Source: Octopus sinensis (taxonomy: Eukaryota). Taken from it: a DNA stretch of 64,000 nt. Positions 13,026-26,276 of the stretch are shown piece after piece. Within the stretch, counting starts at the first letter, position 1, and each line of letters opens with the position of its first letter. A model generated the notes under the pieces. That model had not been told where the DNA came from and made no database searches. It was given only the letters and a program-made list of their open reading frames with translations. The position numbers and the translations under genes are program-made. The DNA lies in assembly GCF_006345805.1 (NCBI RefSeq), contig NC_043002.1:47430001-47494000 (forward strand), written 5' to 3'.

Positions 13026-13683
13026 GTAAAAACAAAATAAACTGCCAAAAAATTAATAAATGAGTAAAATAAAAAATGAAAAATACACAGAGTTGTATGC
13101 ACACACTTATATGTATATGCCTACACAAATAGGACACTGTACACACACAAAATACATATCAAGAAATATACATGTATTTTCAAGAAGGGTGCGTGAAAAA
13201 AAAAAAAACGAAATAAAACCTGAGTGGCCAAGACAGAGAAAGCAGATATTTTACTGCTTGCCTTTCAGCTATGTTGAGTTGTCAATAGAAAGAAAAATTT
13301 TTACTGCTTGCTTTCAGTCATAGTAAGAGCAGTGATGTTAATTGCTTTGTATTCTATTATTTTTGAGAAGGGAGTCTAAAAAAGAGGGACAAAATGAGTG
13401 AATAATCAGGAAAGAGAAAGACAGAGAAAACAGATATTTTACTGCTTGTCTTTCAGCTGTGTTAAGCCAGCAGACACATTATCATCTTTTTATCTCTTGA
13501 CGTGCAGATGTTTTTACTGTCATATGCAGCAGAGATCAAAAACTTGCTTATTCAGAGGACTTTCCTGAGACTTTCCTCAGTTGGACAGATTGAGATGAGA
13601 AATGCACATTTAGTCAAATTACAAGTTTGTTTTATTGCTTTCTGATATATTTCATACAATTTGATACCAAAGAGTACATATTC

Positions 13684-14052
13684 TATCTTTTATCTTCATC
13701 TTGTTTCAATCAGTAGATTGTGGTCATGCTGGGGTACCACCTTAAATAATTTTTAGTCTAATAAATCTACCCCATAAGTTTTTTAAAGCTTGGTGCTTAT
13801 TCTTTTGGTCTCTTGTGCTGAACTGCAAAGTTACAGGAATGTAAACAGAGCAACACCAGTTGTCAAGCATTGGTGAAGAACAAACAGACACACACACGCA
13901 CACACACATACCACAGGTTTTTTTCAGTTTCCCTCTATCAAGTCCACTTACAAATTTTTTCATCAGCCCAAGGCTGTAACAGAAGACACTAGTAGAAGAC
14001 TGGACCTGGAACCATGTGGTTGAGAAGCAAACTTCTTACCACACATCCATGC
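13684..14052 (-). mobile_element. SINE family A copy, old
   Basis: Degenerate similarity to 3061-3468. Confidence 0.75.
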
Positions 14053-15326
14053 TTGCTTTCTAAAAAGATTTAACCAACAGTATTTTTGATCCTTTCTTAA
14101 AACCTGAATTCAGTCATGTCACCTCAGAGTTTTCTTGACTATTGAACACATCAAGCAAAAAGAAGAAACTGACAATTTGTGTGCAGGATTAAAAAGTAAA
14201 GATTCCATCCATTCGTTCATGCCAAAGCCTTAAAATTTAGTTTTAAATATTTCAAGTTATTTAAGAAAGGTACGTAAAGAAGTAAAGTAGCACCTAAATT
14301 ATCTATTAGCATAAAGCTTTTATTCATTAAAAGAAATTATAACCAAGGAGAATTTCTTATGCCTTCAATCAACCCCAAGATGGTAAAAGGGTTAATTAGT
14401 TCAGTTTAATCTCTACTTTCCCCAACTTTGAAACACATAAGAAAAGAGAAACCAAAGCTTAAGCTGAAAATCAAAACCGAAGTGGGCTGCAAAGAATGTC
14501 ATCGTTATTTTGATCGAAAGTATTATGAATAGTCTGAGTGAATGAAAAAAATGACCCATTTTGAACAAATTTTTCTGTTTCCCATGTCTGTTAGTTTGTC
14601 AGTATAAGAACTCATTTTCTCAGCTATGAAGTGATATTGGAAATGAATATCACTTTCAAGTGATATTCAAAATGAAATCATTTAATTGTATAGCTGTTAC
14701 AAGTGAAGGTGTAATTAAACCAATGATCGAAAAAAACAGCATTTGTTGCTGTTATGTTCGGTGAGACTACAGACCTTTGAATGAAATCTGAACTGTTATA
14801 TGCTTTGTGATTTGATGAGAAGGAAAGGCTTCAAGAAAGGTTTAGGGGATAATTTAATGTCAGTAAAGACAGAAAAGTTGCATCACTAACAGAAGTTGCA
14901 CATTGCTATACTCATTTACTTATTTTGGTAGTCTCTCAATCAGCTTCAAGAGTTCATGAATGTCGAATTTTCCAAACTTTAAAAAGAATTTCAGCGTTTT
15001 CCTCAAGGTCGACAGCTTGAATAGCACCTACTGAAGGAAATCATTGGAAGGTGATTTCCAAAGTTATATGTATGTTTCTCATGTCTTATTAACTACTTCA
15101 AAACGGTGTATTTAGATGGGGAAACTATTTTTGTTTTCAGACCGCCCATATCTCAAAGCATATATAATATTACATCTTTCATGGAAAACAGGTGGGGAGT
15201 GGGGGAACACGGGGAAATCCCCACTACACCTCTGTGGTGGTGGGCTGCATGCCCTAGTTTTCTAGTCACCCTTCACCACTGGTATGTTTGTATGTATGTA
15301 TGTCTCTCCCTATATGTATAACACGG

Positions 15327-15365
<39 letters not shown>

Positions 15366-15729
15366 TATATGTAGACATACATATCAATATCTATATCTGT
15401 ATATATTTAGAGTTGTAAAACAGCAAATAGTTTCCATAATTCATTCTAAGTTCTACTGCCAATTCAAAGATAGAAACACAAACATCACCGTCCACATAAT
15501 TACTTAACATACTAAAATAGATAATTGATAAAGTTAAATGTGGTAGGTAATCTGTTTTATCAGGAAATAAAATTAATTCTGAACTTTTGCATATTAATTA
15601 AGATTATATGGATGATGTTAGTATTTTAATCATTGAAACTGCTATAGAATTTAAAAGGAAATTGTTGCTTTTCAATATTCTAGATATACAATAGCTTTGG
15701 ACTATTGTTTTAGTCAATATGTATAGCAA

Positions 15730-17410
15730 GGAATTTAGTGTACAAGTAGGAGTCCACCAGAGATTGGCTCTTGGCTCCCTCTTGTTTATCACAGTCCTCT
15801 TGGCTTTTCCTTGGGAGCCCCTCTATGCTGATAACCTTGTTCTTATTGGTGAATCACTACTAGAACTAGAGAAGAAATTTCACATATAGAAGCAAAGTTT
15901 GGAATGAAAGGGCCTTCAAGTTAATTTAGTAAAGACTAAAGTCCTAATAATTAGGAAGACAGACAAATCACAGATTCTATCAGCGAGACGCCTCCACTTG
16001 ATATGTAGAAAAGGCATCAGTAGAAACTCCATATGGTGTACCCAGTGCAAGCTGCGGACACATAAGGGGTGGAAGGTAAAGAGAGAAAGTAGCAGAAATA
16101 TACAGAAAATAGACTCCCTGACATGTGTGAGAGAATCCTAGAAGTAATAGACCCTATCTTTTACTTAGGTGATCAAATTAGTAGTGCAGGAGGTGGTTCT
16201 GAAAGAATAAGAATGGGCTGGGCAAAGTTCAGAGAGCTGCTACTTCTGTTAATAACAAAGAGTGTTTCCCTTGGAATAAATGGCAGGTTTATGATGCCTG
16301 TGAATGAACAGCTATGCATGCATGCATGCATGTATGTATGTATGTATGTATGTATGTATGTATGTATGTATGTATGTATGTATGTATGTATGTATGTATG
16401 TATGTATGTATGTATGCATGCATGCATACATGCATGCATGCATACATGCATGCATGCATGCATACATGCATGCATGTATGTATGTAAGTATGTACGTATG
16501 TACATACGAATGTACATATGTATGTATGTCCATATGTATATGTGCATGAATGTCTCTCCACATATATGTGAACATATATGTAGCTATACTACAAGCTAGT
16601 GAGAGATGGGCTGTGACTACTGAGAGCATGTGCAGACTTGAAAAGACTGAAGTCAGCTGGATATTCTGCTGGATAGATGCTGTGGGAAGATCCTGTACAC
16701 GCCCTGCGACTGAAAGTGAACTAATGGATTTCAATAAATAAGAACTGTGTGTAAGGTATCATTTGCAGTATTGGAATCAGACCCTAAATGTAAAAGATAT
16801 TAAACTCCTGGCAGAGTCTAATTCTCAAAAAGGCGAGATGTGAGAGTTTCTCAAAAAGGGGAGATGTTGTGGGAGAATCCTGAACACCCCCATGTGACTG
16901 AAAGTGAACTAATGGATTTCAATAAATAAGGATTGAGTGAACTGTCAAGGGGGTTGACAGTGTTGGTCGACTGTATTGGTTACTGTGTTAGTGTGATGTG
17001 TGTTGGTTAATACATTTGAGTAGTATGGGGTGTGTTCTGTGTGAACATAATAATTCTGTGTTAGGGCATTTTAGATAATCCCAATCTAAATATTTTATTT
17101 TGGTAATACTATTTTACACCCACGTCATAACAATGGGTAAATGTCAGTATGCATATACAACAGAGTGTATGTGATCTGAGAGATAAAAATGAGTATATAA
17201 GGCATCAGATATAGTGTGCAAGAGAGAAAACTGTGCTTGTACAGTCATGTAATGCATATAGATGAAACAGCTGCATCAAGAAGTGCTGATCTCTAATTGT
17301 GGAGGAAATGTTTGGAAGAGGTAGACCCAAGAAGCCATGGGACAAAGTGGTGAGAAAGGATTTTCGTATGGGCCTCACAGAGGAGATACAAGGGTCCAAG
17401 ATTTCTGGCA
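15730..17410 (+). mobile_element. Old degraded RTE LINE fragment interrupted by (TATG)n and an LTR-like insert
   Basis: Recognisable homology to the 42339..44300 RT (GVHQ, LYAD, WAKFRELL, GRGRPKKPW). Confidence 0.8.
16678..17132 (+). mobile_element. Solo-LTR-like insert with partial tandem duplication
   Basis: Starts TG, ends ATAACA; a second unit starts TGTTG at 16865; both units share gactgaaagtgaactaatggatttcAATAAA; the insert splits the host RTE sequence. Confidence 0.45.
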
Positions 17411-18106
17411 GTGATGAGAAATGTGTTGCGCATGTGCAACCAAATGGAATTAGGACACATTCAACAATTCATCCACCACATGCAGTTTTCTGGCTACTGC
17501 CAAAGGGACAGGACTAGAGTGTACAAAGAAGCCAGGGCTAAGTACAAGGTCATCATAGAGAATGATGCGAATGAGATCTGCCTGCTATACAGGAGTAAAT
17601 ACTGGAATAGCATAGAAAAGACCAAGAAGATAAATAAGGTCAACTCATGGTATGACAACACACACACGCACAAAATAAGCAAACACACGCACAGATAAGG
17701 ATACACACCATAGAAGGACAAATGAAAACAAGAAGAGACACATGGGATGGAGAGTCACTGAAGAGGTCACAGGATGTGTGATGAAAGATTTCCAAAGGAC
17801 ATAAAATAAGAGCAATAATAAAATAAATCTGAAGTGAACACCGAATACATAGTGTGTGTTTATTTGACACAGTAAAAGAAAAGAAAATGACCATCCCAAA
17901 ATATAAAGATATCTGCTCCAACTCATAATTTCACACTAACAATCTTGCAAAACAACTATATAATAGCTCATTTATCATACTCACAAGACATGAGAGTTAT
18001 GAACGTTCAGTACGGACGTGATATTACACAATAAAGCAAACAACAAGTGTTATTCCTGGAAAAACATTATGCATGATTTAAAAAAAGGTAAAAAACAATT
18101 TAAATT

Positions 18107-18164
<58 letters not shown>

Positions 18165-18215
18165 AGAGAGAGAGAGTGTGTGAGAGAGAGTGTGTGAGAG
18201 AGAGGGAGGAGAGAG

Positions 18216-18251
<36 letters not shown>

Positions 18252-18288
18252 CATGTGTGTATAACAAGAATAGGCTTTTAAAGAATAA

Positions 18289-18869
18289 ACTGTGATCTCA
18301 TTTTACTTGCTGGGTCTTCTCACTTACAGCATGTCTCCAGAAGTCTCAGTCTCTTGTCATTGCTTCTGAGTGTGTGTTTGTGCATGTGAGTGTGTGTGTG
18401 TATGTGAGAATGTACGCGTGTGTGTGTGTCCATGTGTGTATAGCAAGAATAAGCTTTTAAAGTATGAGATGTCACGTAATCAAATTTTTATTTTTCTTAT
18501 TTTACATTTTGTACCTATTTAACATCCTGCTTTCTTTTCTTATTTTTCTCAACTGCTTTTTCTCGGAATTTGTTTTGACCTAGAGTCAACACACCCATAT
18601 CACAAGCCATATATGGTAATGTGTTGAATGCATTTAGTGTTTGTGATATATGATGAAACTGTTTGCTGTGTGTAGTAGAAGGAATGTTTTAACCTAGCAT
18701 GAAGCAGTTATATATTCTGTACATATATATTTATATGTATATTTTATATATGTGTGAAGGGTGATGTAATGCAATTTATATAACTAACATGAGAACAAAA
18801 CAGCTGTAAACTAAGGGAATAACTATTTTCTCACTTTATTTGTTTTATCTGATATGTATATGTATGCAT

Positions 18870-18909
<40 letters not shown>

Positions 18910-18985
18910 ATGTATGTATGTATGTATGTATGTATGTATGAATGTATGTATGTTTATATATATATATATAATCATCCTCATCATC
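18289..18985 (+). repeat. Local duplication, paralogous to 23409-24690
   Basis: Near-identical unique sequence; the second copy carries an RTE insertion. Confidence 0.9.
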
Positions 18986-19835
18986 GATTAACGTCCATTT
19001 TCCATACTGTTATGGGTTAGATGGTTTGATTGAGGTCTGGAGAGTCTGCAACTGCACCAGACTCCAATTTCATCTGGCAATGTTTTTACTGCTGGGTGCC
19101 CTTCCTAATGCCAACCACTCCGAGAGTGTAGTGAGTGCTTTTTACAAGCCACCAGCACAGGAGCCAGTCAGGGGTTTCTGACATCAGCCATATTCAGATG
19201 GTGCTTTTTATGGGCCACCAGCATGGGAGCGAGACAGGGGGTACTGGCATCGGCCACGTTTGGATGGTGCGTTTTTACGTGCCACTAGCACGGGGGCTAG
19301 TCAGGCAGTCCTGGCACTGATCACATTTGGGAGTGCTTTTTACGTGGCACTGGCACGAAAGCCAGTCAGTGCATACTGCCAGTAAGGCAGACTTGGCCTT
19401 GACCATATTTGGATGGTGCTTTTTAAATGCCACCAGCATGGGAGCTAGTCAGAGGGCACTGGTCACAGCTAAGATATTGGTTTTACTTGGCTCAACAGGT
19501 CTTCTCAAGCATACCATTCCACCAGATGCATCAGGGCTACTCTTAACTGGGCTGGACATGCATGGCTGCAATCTCACTTTAGTTGCCAGGTCTTCTCCAT
19601 CACAGCACATCTCCAAAGATCTTGGTCTCCTGTCATGGCCTCTGTGAGGCCCAATGTTCAAAGGTCATGCTTCACCATCTCATCCCATGTCTTCCTGGGT
19701 CTACCTCTTCCACAGGTTCCTTCAACAGTTAGGGAGTGGAACTTCCTCATACAGCTGTCCTCATCCATATGTAACAGATGACCATACCAGCACAGTCGTT
19801 TCTCTTGCACACTACATTTGGAGCTTCGTATGGCT
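18971..19835 (-). mobile_element. RTE LINE 3' fragment with 3'-UTR repeat array and (GAT)n tail
   Basis: Reverse-complement similarity to 44140-44899. Confidence 0.8.
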
Positions 19836-19841
19836 AACTTT

Positions 19842-19899
<58 letters not shown>

Positions 19900-19902
<3 letters not shown>

Positions 19903-20420
19903 CATCGTCGTTGTTTAATGTCTGCTTTCCATGCTGGGATGGGTTGGATGGTTTGACTGAGGGTTAGCAAGCCAGAAGGATGCACCAGGCTCCAATCTGA
20001 TCTGGCAAAGTTTCTACAATTGGATGCCCTTCCTAACACCAACCACTCCAAGAATGTTCTAGGTACTTTTTACATGCCACCAGCACGAGGGGCAGTCAGG
20101 TAGTATTGTCATCAACCATGCTTGAATGGTGCTTTTTATGTGCTACCAGCATGAGAGCCAGTCAGGCAATACTGATAATGACCACGCTTGAATGATACTT
20201 TTTATATACCACTGGCACATGACCAGTCAGGCAGCACTGGCATCAACCATGCTCGAATGGTGCTTTTTATGTGCTACAAGCATGGGTACTAACCAAGTGG
20301 TATTGGCAACGACCACACTCAAATGCTTTTTACATGCCACAGGCACGGGTTCCAACCAGGTTGTACAGGCGTCAGCCACAACAATGACTTCACTTGACTC
20401 AACAGGTCTTCACAAGCACA
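19900..20420 (-). mobile_element. RTE 3'-UTR remnant with degenerate repeat array
   Basis: ggatgcccttcctaacaccaaccactcc tail motif plus tggtgctttt(t)atgtgc units. Confidence 0.7.
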
Positions 20421-22877
20421 ATATATATATATATAATTTCTTTTGGATAGGCACATGTGGTAATTAAAAAGTTAGCTTCCCAACCACATAGTCTCAACTT
20501 TAGTCCCACTGTGAGGCACTTTGAACAAGTGTCTTCTACTATAGCTCTGAGTTGATGAAAGTCCTGAGTGGATTTGGTAGATGGAAACTGAAAGAAACCT
20601 GTCATATATACATGTGTGTGTATGCAGTCAGTGTTCTTCATTTCCAATCTCCCATGTAAACATGTCTGGTTATGGGTAAAATTACCTACATGGATACAGA
20701 TGAGGGTTGGTAACAGGAAGAGCATCCAGCTGTACGAAAATCCACCTCAACAAATTCTGCCCAACCCATGCAAGCATGGAGGAGTGGCAATGTCATACAT
20801 ATGAAATTGTCAAGAGAGATCATGATGCGTCATCATCATCATTTAGCATCTGCCTTTCATGCAGGCATGGATTAGACAGTTTGACTGAAACTGGTAAGCT
20901 GGAGAGCTGCACCAAGTTCCAGACTGATTTGGAGCATGGTTTCTATGGCTGGATGCCCTTCCTAATGCCAACCCTCATTTTACATGTCACTGGTACCAGT
21001 AACTGGGTGCCAATTATGTGTCACAAGCATCGGTTACAACTACAATTTCACTTGGCTTGACAAGTCTTCTCAAGCACAGCATATAACCAACGGTCTCAGT
21101 CATGTATCATCACCTCTGTGAGGCTCAGTATTCGAAGAGTGCTTTTTATGTGCCACCTGCATGTGTGCCAGTTATGTGTAGCAACTTAAGGAGTTTTAAC
21201 TTCATGAGTTAGGTGAGCACAGAGCTTCAAAATTGTTTCTATGGTATAAGTATAGTGACTGCTTTTCAGTGCAGTTGAATGGGAGTAGCTTATTATGTCT
21301 ATGAAATGTTTAGGTTGCAAGGGAATGTTGGCTGTTTGCAGAATGTTAAAGAAGTGCATTTGCCAGTGTATGTATGTGAAAACAGTGACAAATGTCATTA
21401 TGACATGAAATAAATGTAAGACAGAACTCAGGGGCATGCTACAGTTGATAGAATGCGAGTCAGAAGAAGCTTGTTACTGATGTCAAGAACAAAAATACTT
21501 TTATTATAAAATTCAACTTATGATGAGAGTAAACAAAGTTTGTTTTAGAAGCATTGAGATGTATTGAAAGATACAGAAATAAATTTTTTTATTCTCAAAC
21601 GTCTGATAATGCTAATAGTGTGATCAGGATAACTTATCCATACATTGCAGAAAAATAAGTTACTAGCCAGCCATGAGACTTGAACTCACATCCTTGTGAT
21701 TATGTGTTAAGTGCTTTACCATTAAGTTAAACTGCCCAATTAGCATTATCATGTGTTTGAGAATAATAAAATTAATTTCTGTATCTTTCAATATATCTCA
21801 ATGCTTCTAAAACAAACTTTGTTTGTTTACTTTCATCATAAGTTGAATTTAATGTTAGCGTCTTATGAAGTTAAATTTATAAGTTCTAAAATTGCAGAAG
21901 AATTCATTACTGGGCAGTTTAGCTTAATGGTAAAGCACTTGATGCATAATCACAGGGATGTGAGTTTGATTCTCACGGCTGGCTGGTAACATATTTTTCT
22001 GCAATGTATAGATAATTTATCCTGATCACACTATTTATTAGCATCATCATGCATTTGAGAATTTAAAAAATTATTTCTGCAGCTTTTATTATAATGAATG
22101 AATGCAATTGTGTAATTTGACTACAGTGGTGTGTCAACTGACAGAACACAATAATGTCGTCTTAGATACACTATTTGAAAGGAAACACAATGGTCATGGC
22201 TGGAAAATCCATAATTGTAAGTCTGCTTAACCTGGGGCTAAACAACAATTTGTCAGTGTTCTGGCTCAATGAACTACAAACTGAAAGAACTTATCTCCTA
22301 CAAATAAAATAATTATGGACATTTTGGAACAAGTAGGACCATTACACTGCTTCACATCGTTTACAATAATAAGAAATAACATATTTTCTATCACAGTAAG
22401 ACTTAGCCAAACAAAAAGAAAAGTACTAAATCTTGAGTAATCACCATAAGGAATTATAATCCCAACAGTGTGAAATAGTGAAGATTATATACATATCTTC
22501 TGCTTGATTCAGTCATTAGACTGTGGCCATGCTGGAACACTGTCTTGAAGAATTTTTAGTCAAATGAATTGATGCTAGTACTTAATTTTTTTGGCTAAAC
22601 CTGGTACTTATTCTATCAGTTTCCTTTGCTGAACTGCCAAGTTACAGGGATGTAAACACAACACCCACTATCAAGCAGTGGTCGGACACACACATTATAT
22701 ATATATATTACGATGGGCCTCCCTCAACTTCCATCCACCAAATCCACTCACATATATATATGCATATGTAAATGTGTATATATGATATTCATATATATAT
22801 ACATATATATCAACATCTATCTATCTATCTATCTCCTCTCTCTCTCCCCATATGTATATATATATATACATATATAT

Positions 22878-23490
22878 ATCATCATCATCAACACCCATTT
22901 TCCATGCTGGCGTGGGTTGGATGGGTTGACTGGGGACTGGCAAGCCAGAAGGCTGCACCAGGCTCCAATCTGATCTGGCAATGTTTCTACAGCTGGATGT
23001 TCTTCCTAATGTCAACCACACTAAGAGTGTCCCATCAGCACACGAGCCAGTCGGGCGGCATTGGCATCGACCACGTTCAGATGGTGCTTTCTATGTGCCA
23101 CCAGCACAGGAGCCAGTCAGGGCGGGGGGCTGGCATCAACAATGTTTGGACAGTGCTTTTTATGTGCCACTGGCACGGGGAGGCAGTCAGGCTGCATTGG
23201 CATCGACATGAATGGTGGTTATTGCATGCCACCAGCATGGGAGCCAGCTATGTGGCACAGGCATTGGCCACAACTACAATTTCCATTTTGATTTTGATTT
23301 GATTGAGTGATTTTGATTTCAATTGGTCTCCTGAAGCACAGTATGTCACCTGATGATTCAAAGGTACTTTTAAATGGGCTGGCTATGGGACACTGGTATA
23401 GGCTATAGCTGTGATCTCATTTTACTTGCTGGGTCTTCTCACTTACAGCATGTCTCCAGAAGTCTCAGTCTTTTGTCATTGCTTCTGAGT
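22878..23490 (-). mobile_element. RTE 3' fragment
   Basis: Same tail and repeat units as the other copies, reverse orientation. Confidence 0.75.
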
Positions 23491-23809
23491 GTGTGTTTGT
23501 GCATGTGAGTGTGTGTGTGAGAATGTACGCGTGTGTGTGTGTCCATGTGTGTATGGCAAGAATAAGCTTTTAAAAAATGAGATGTCACGTAATCAAATTT
23601 TTATTTTTCTTATTCTACATTTTGTACCTATTTAACATCCTGCTTTCTTTTCTTATTTTTCTCAACTGCTTTTTCTCAGAATTTGTTTTGATCTAGGGTC
23701 AACACACCCTTATCACAAGCCATATATGGTAATGTGTTGAATGCATTTAGTGTTTGTGATATATGATGAAACTGTTTGCTGTGTGTAGTAGAAGGAATGT
23801 TTTAACCTT

Positions 23810-24458
23810 GCCATCTGGCACCTGTGTCGGTGGCACATAAAAACACCATCCGAAGACCCGGCAAGACTAGTCAGGCCGTAACCCGTGGCCCCTACCTGGG
23901 ACGTAGTCAGTCCACCTGTGCATACCTTCCTTCTTGTGACACTTGTGAAGACCTGTTGAGGCAAGTGAAAATCAAAACAAATCAAAATAGATGAACATCA
24001 ATGGAATTTGTATCTTTGTGGTATCAGTGCCGGCGGCACACAAGAAAACCATCCAAATGTGGCCGTAGCCAGTACCGCATCGACTGGCCTCCGTGCTGTG
24101 GGCACGTAACAAACACCATCCGATCGTGGCCGTTCGCCAGCCTCATCTGGCACCTGTGTCGGTCGCACATAAAAACACCATCCGAAGACCCTATCGACTG
24201 GCCTCCGTGCTGTGGGCACATAAAAACACCATCCGAGCGTGGCCGTCTGCCAGCCTCGTCTGGCACCTGTGTCGGTGGCACATAAAATCACCCACTACAC
24301 TCTCGGAGTGGTTGGCGTTAGGAAGGGCATCCAGCTGTAGAAACACTGCCAGATCTGACTGGCCTGGTGCAGCCTTCGGGCTCCCCAGACCCTAGTTGAA
24401 CCGTCCAACCCATGCTAGCATGGAAAGCGGACGTTAAATGATGATGATGATGATGATG
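23810..24458 (+). mobile_element. Young RTE 3'-UTR insertion with (GAT)n tail
   Basis: High similarity to 44330-44899; absent from the paralogous site near 18700. Confidence 0.85.
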
Positions 24459-24627
24459 AAGCATTTATATATTCTGTACATATATATTTATATGTATATT
24501 TTATATATGTGTGAAGGGTGATGTAATGCAATTTATATAACTAACATGAGAACAAAACAGCTGTAAACTAAGGGAATAACTATTTTCTCACTTTATTTGT
24601 TTTATCTGATGTGTATATGTATGCATA

Positions 24628-24658
<31 letters not shown>

Positions 24659-24870
24659 ATATATATATCATCATCATCGTTTAATGTCTGTTTTTCACAC
24701 ATATATAAGATATACATATAAATATATATGCACACCAGAATATATAAATAACTGTAAATTAACAGACTATTCTTCAAAATGCTTCATGCTAGGATAAAAC
24801 ATATATATGTGTGTGTGTGTATACAAATGTGTATATAATATGATATTCAAATATATACATATATATCAAC

Positions 24871-24950
<80 letters not shown>

Positions 24951-25013
24951 GTCTATCTATCTATCTACATTATTTACATTTGACAGATATTTGACCTCAT
25001 CTTGTTTGTTGTT

Positions 25014-25060
25014 AACACAACGTTTCAGCTGATATACCATCCAGCCATCATCAGGTGTCT
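25014..25060 (-). ncRNA. Minimal type I hammerhead ribozyme motif (Penelope-type)
   Basis: GACAC-CUGAUGA-U-GGCUG(10 nt)CAGCU-GAAA-CG-UU-GUGUU: intact core, stems I and II, palindromic ACGU stem III. Confidence 0.75.
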
Positions 25061-25361
25061 TGGTCAAAATTCGAACGTGAGTTCTCATTCCTAAGGTATT
25101 TTTCAATGTTATTATTGTTGTTATTATTATTATTATTTATTATTATTCAGGTCACTGTCTGGAATTGAACTCAGAATCTTGGGGTTAGTAGCCCATGCCC
25201 TTAATCACTACACCATAGTAGTAGTAGTTAAGAGCATGTGCTACTAACCCCAAAATTCCGAGTTCGATTCCGGACAGTGACCTGAATAATAATAATAATA
25301 ATAATAATAACAACATTGAAAAATACCTTAGGAACGAGAACCCAGGTTCGAAGTTTCCCCA

Positions 25362-25408
25362 AGACATCTGATGAAGGCTGGAGGGTATGTCAGCCGAAAT
25401 GTTGTGTT
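25362..25408 (+). ncRNA. Minimal hammerhead motif, inverted partner copy
   Basis: GACAU-CUGAUGA-A-GGCUG..CAGCC-GAAA-UG-UU-GUGUU. Confidence 0.65.
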
Positions 25409-25511
25409 AACAGCAAACAAAATGAGAAGAAGTATCTGTCAAATGTAAATAATGTAAATAATGTACATAATTCCTCATCTCTCAAATATAGAACTGTTTC
25501 TACCTACCTAT

Positions 25512-25544
<33 letters not shown>

Positions 25545-25620
25545 CATAGATATATATACAAATTTTTATATATATATATATATGTATATATGTGTGTGTG
25601 TGTGTGTGCATGTGTGTATA

Positions 25621-25985
25621 CAGGGTGGCCCAGAAGTCACTGAGGGGTTTTAATTTTTAATAATTCCCTTATTTTTGTAAAAAGGTGTGAAATTTTAATT
25701 CAATATAGAGAAGATAATGGAGATTAATTTGCATTAGTCGTTTTTCATCACATCTCCGTATTACATACGAAAATGACATCTTTTAAATGGCATCCATTTT
25801 CAGCTTCACTTTTCGGGATGCAATTCTCTTTCGTGAGAATTCTCAGAGCCCAAAACTGGCAATTTTGTCTGCTGATGAACCCATTCAAATGTAAGTGAGC
25901 TTCATCAGACATGATCAGTTTTTGAGTAAAATCCGGGTTATTTTCTGCCAAATCTGGGTCATTTTGCACCTTTAATTACCATAAT
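25621..25985 (-). mobile_element. Tc1/mariner-superfamily remnant
   Basis: TA-CAGGGTGGCCC terminus; fragment IMSDEAHLHLNGFISRQNCQFW contains the first catalytic D motif. Confidence 0.65.
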
Positions 25986-26234
25986 ATGTAATTTTTCTAA
26001 TTTAATTTTTCATTATTGAATTGATAAAAGGTGGTTTTCTTTTTAATTTATATATATATCAATATATTGATAGAAATGGCACGGCAACAAAAGAATGAAA
26101 GAGAACTCAATATTACGTAAATAGAGGAATTTATCTGTAAATATATACGGCAATTATTTGGTAGCCATGATAAAACTCGGAGTTTTATCATGGCTACCAA
26201 ATAATTGTCACATTTTATATTTTCAGATATATAT

Positions 26235-26271
<37 letters not shown>

Positions 26272-26276
<5 letters not shown>

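Larger units (their letters stand above)
24966..25456. repeat. Fold-back element, about 240-bp imperfect arms
   Basis: Arms about 24966-25211 and 25218-25456. Confidence 0.92.

Noticed and set aside
16123-16734. ORFs with MYVC or HTYI repeats
   Set aside because: Artefacts of the (TATG)n microsatellite; the same applies to the many YIYI ORFs.
21912-21988. tRNA-Met gene
   Set aside because: The acceptor and anticodon stems do not pair properly and it is embedded in a repeated element, so it is treated as a SINE-like head.
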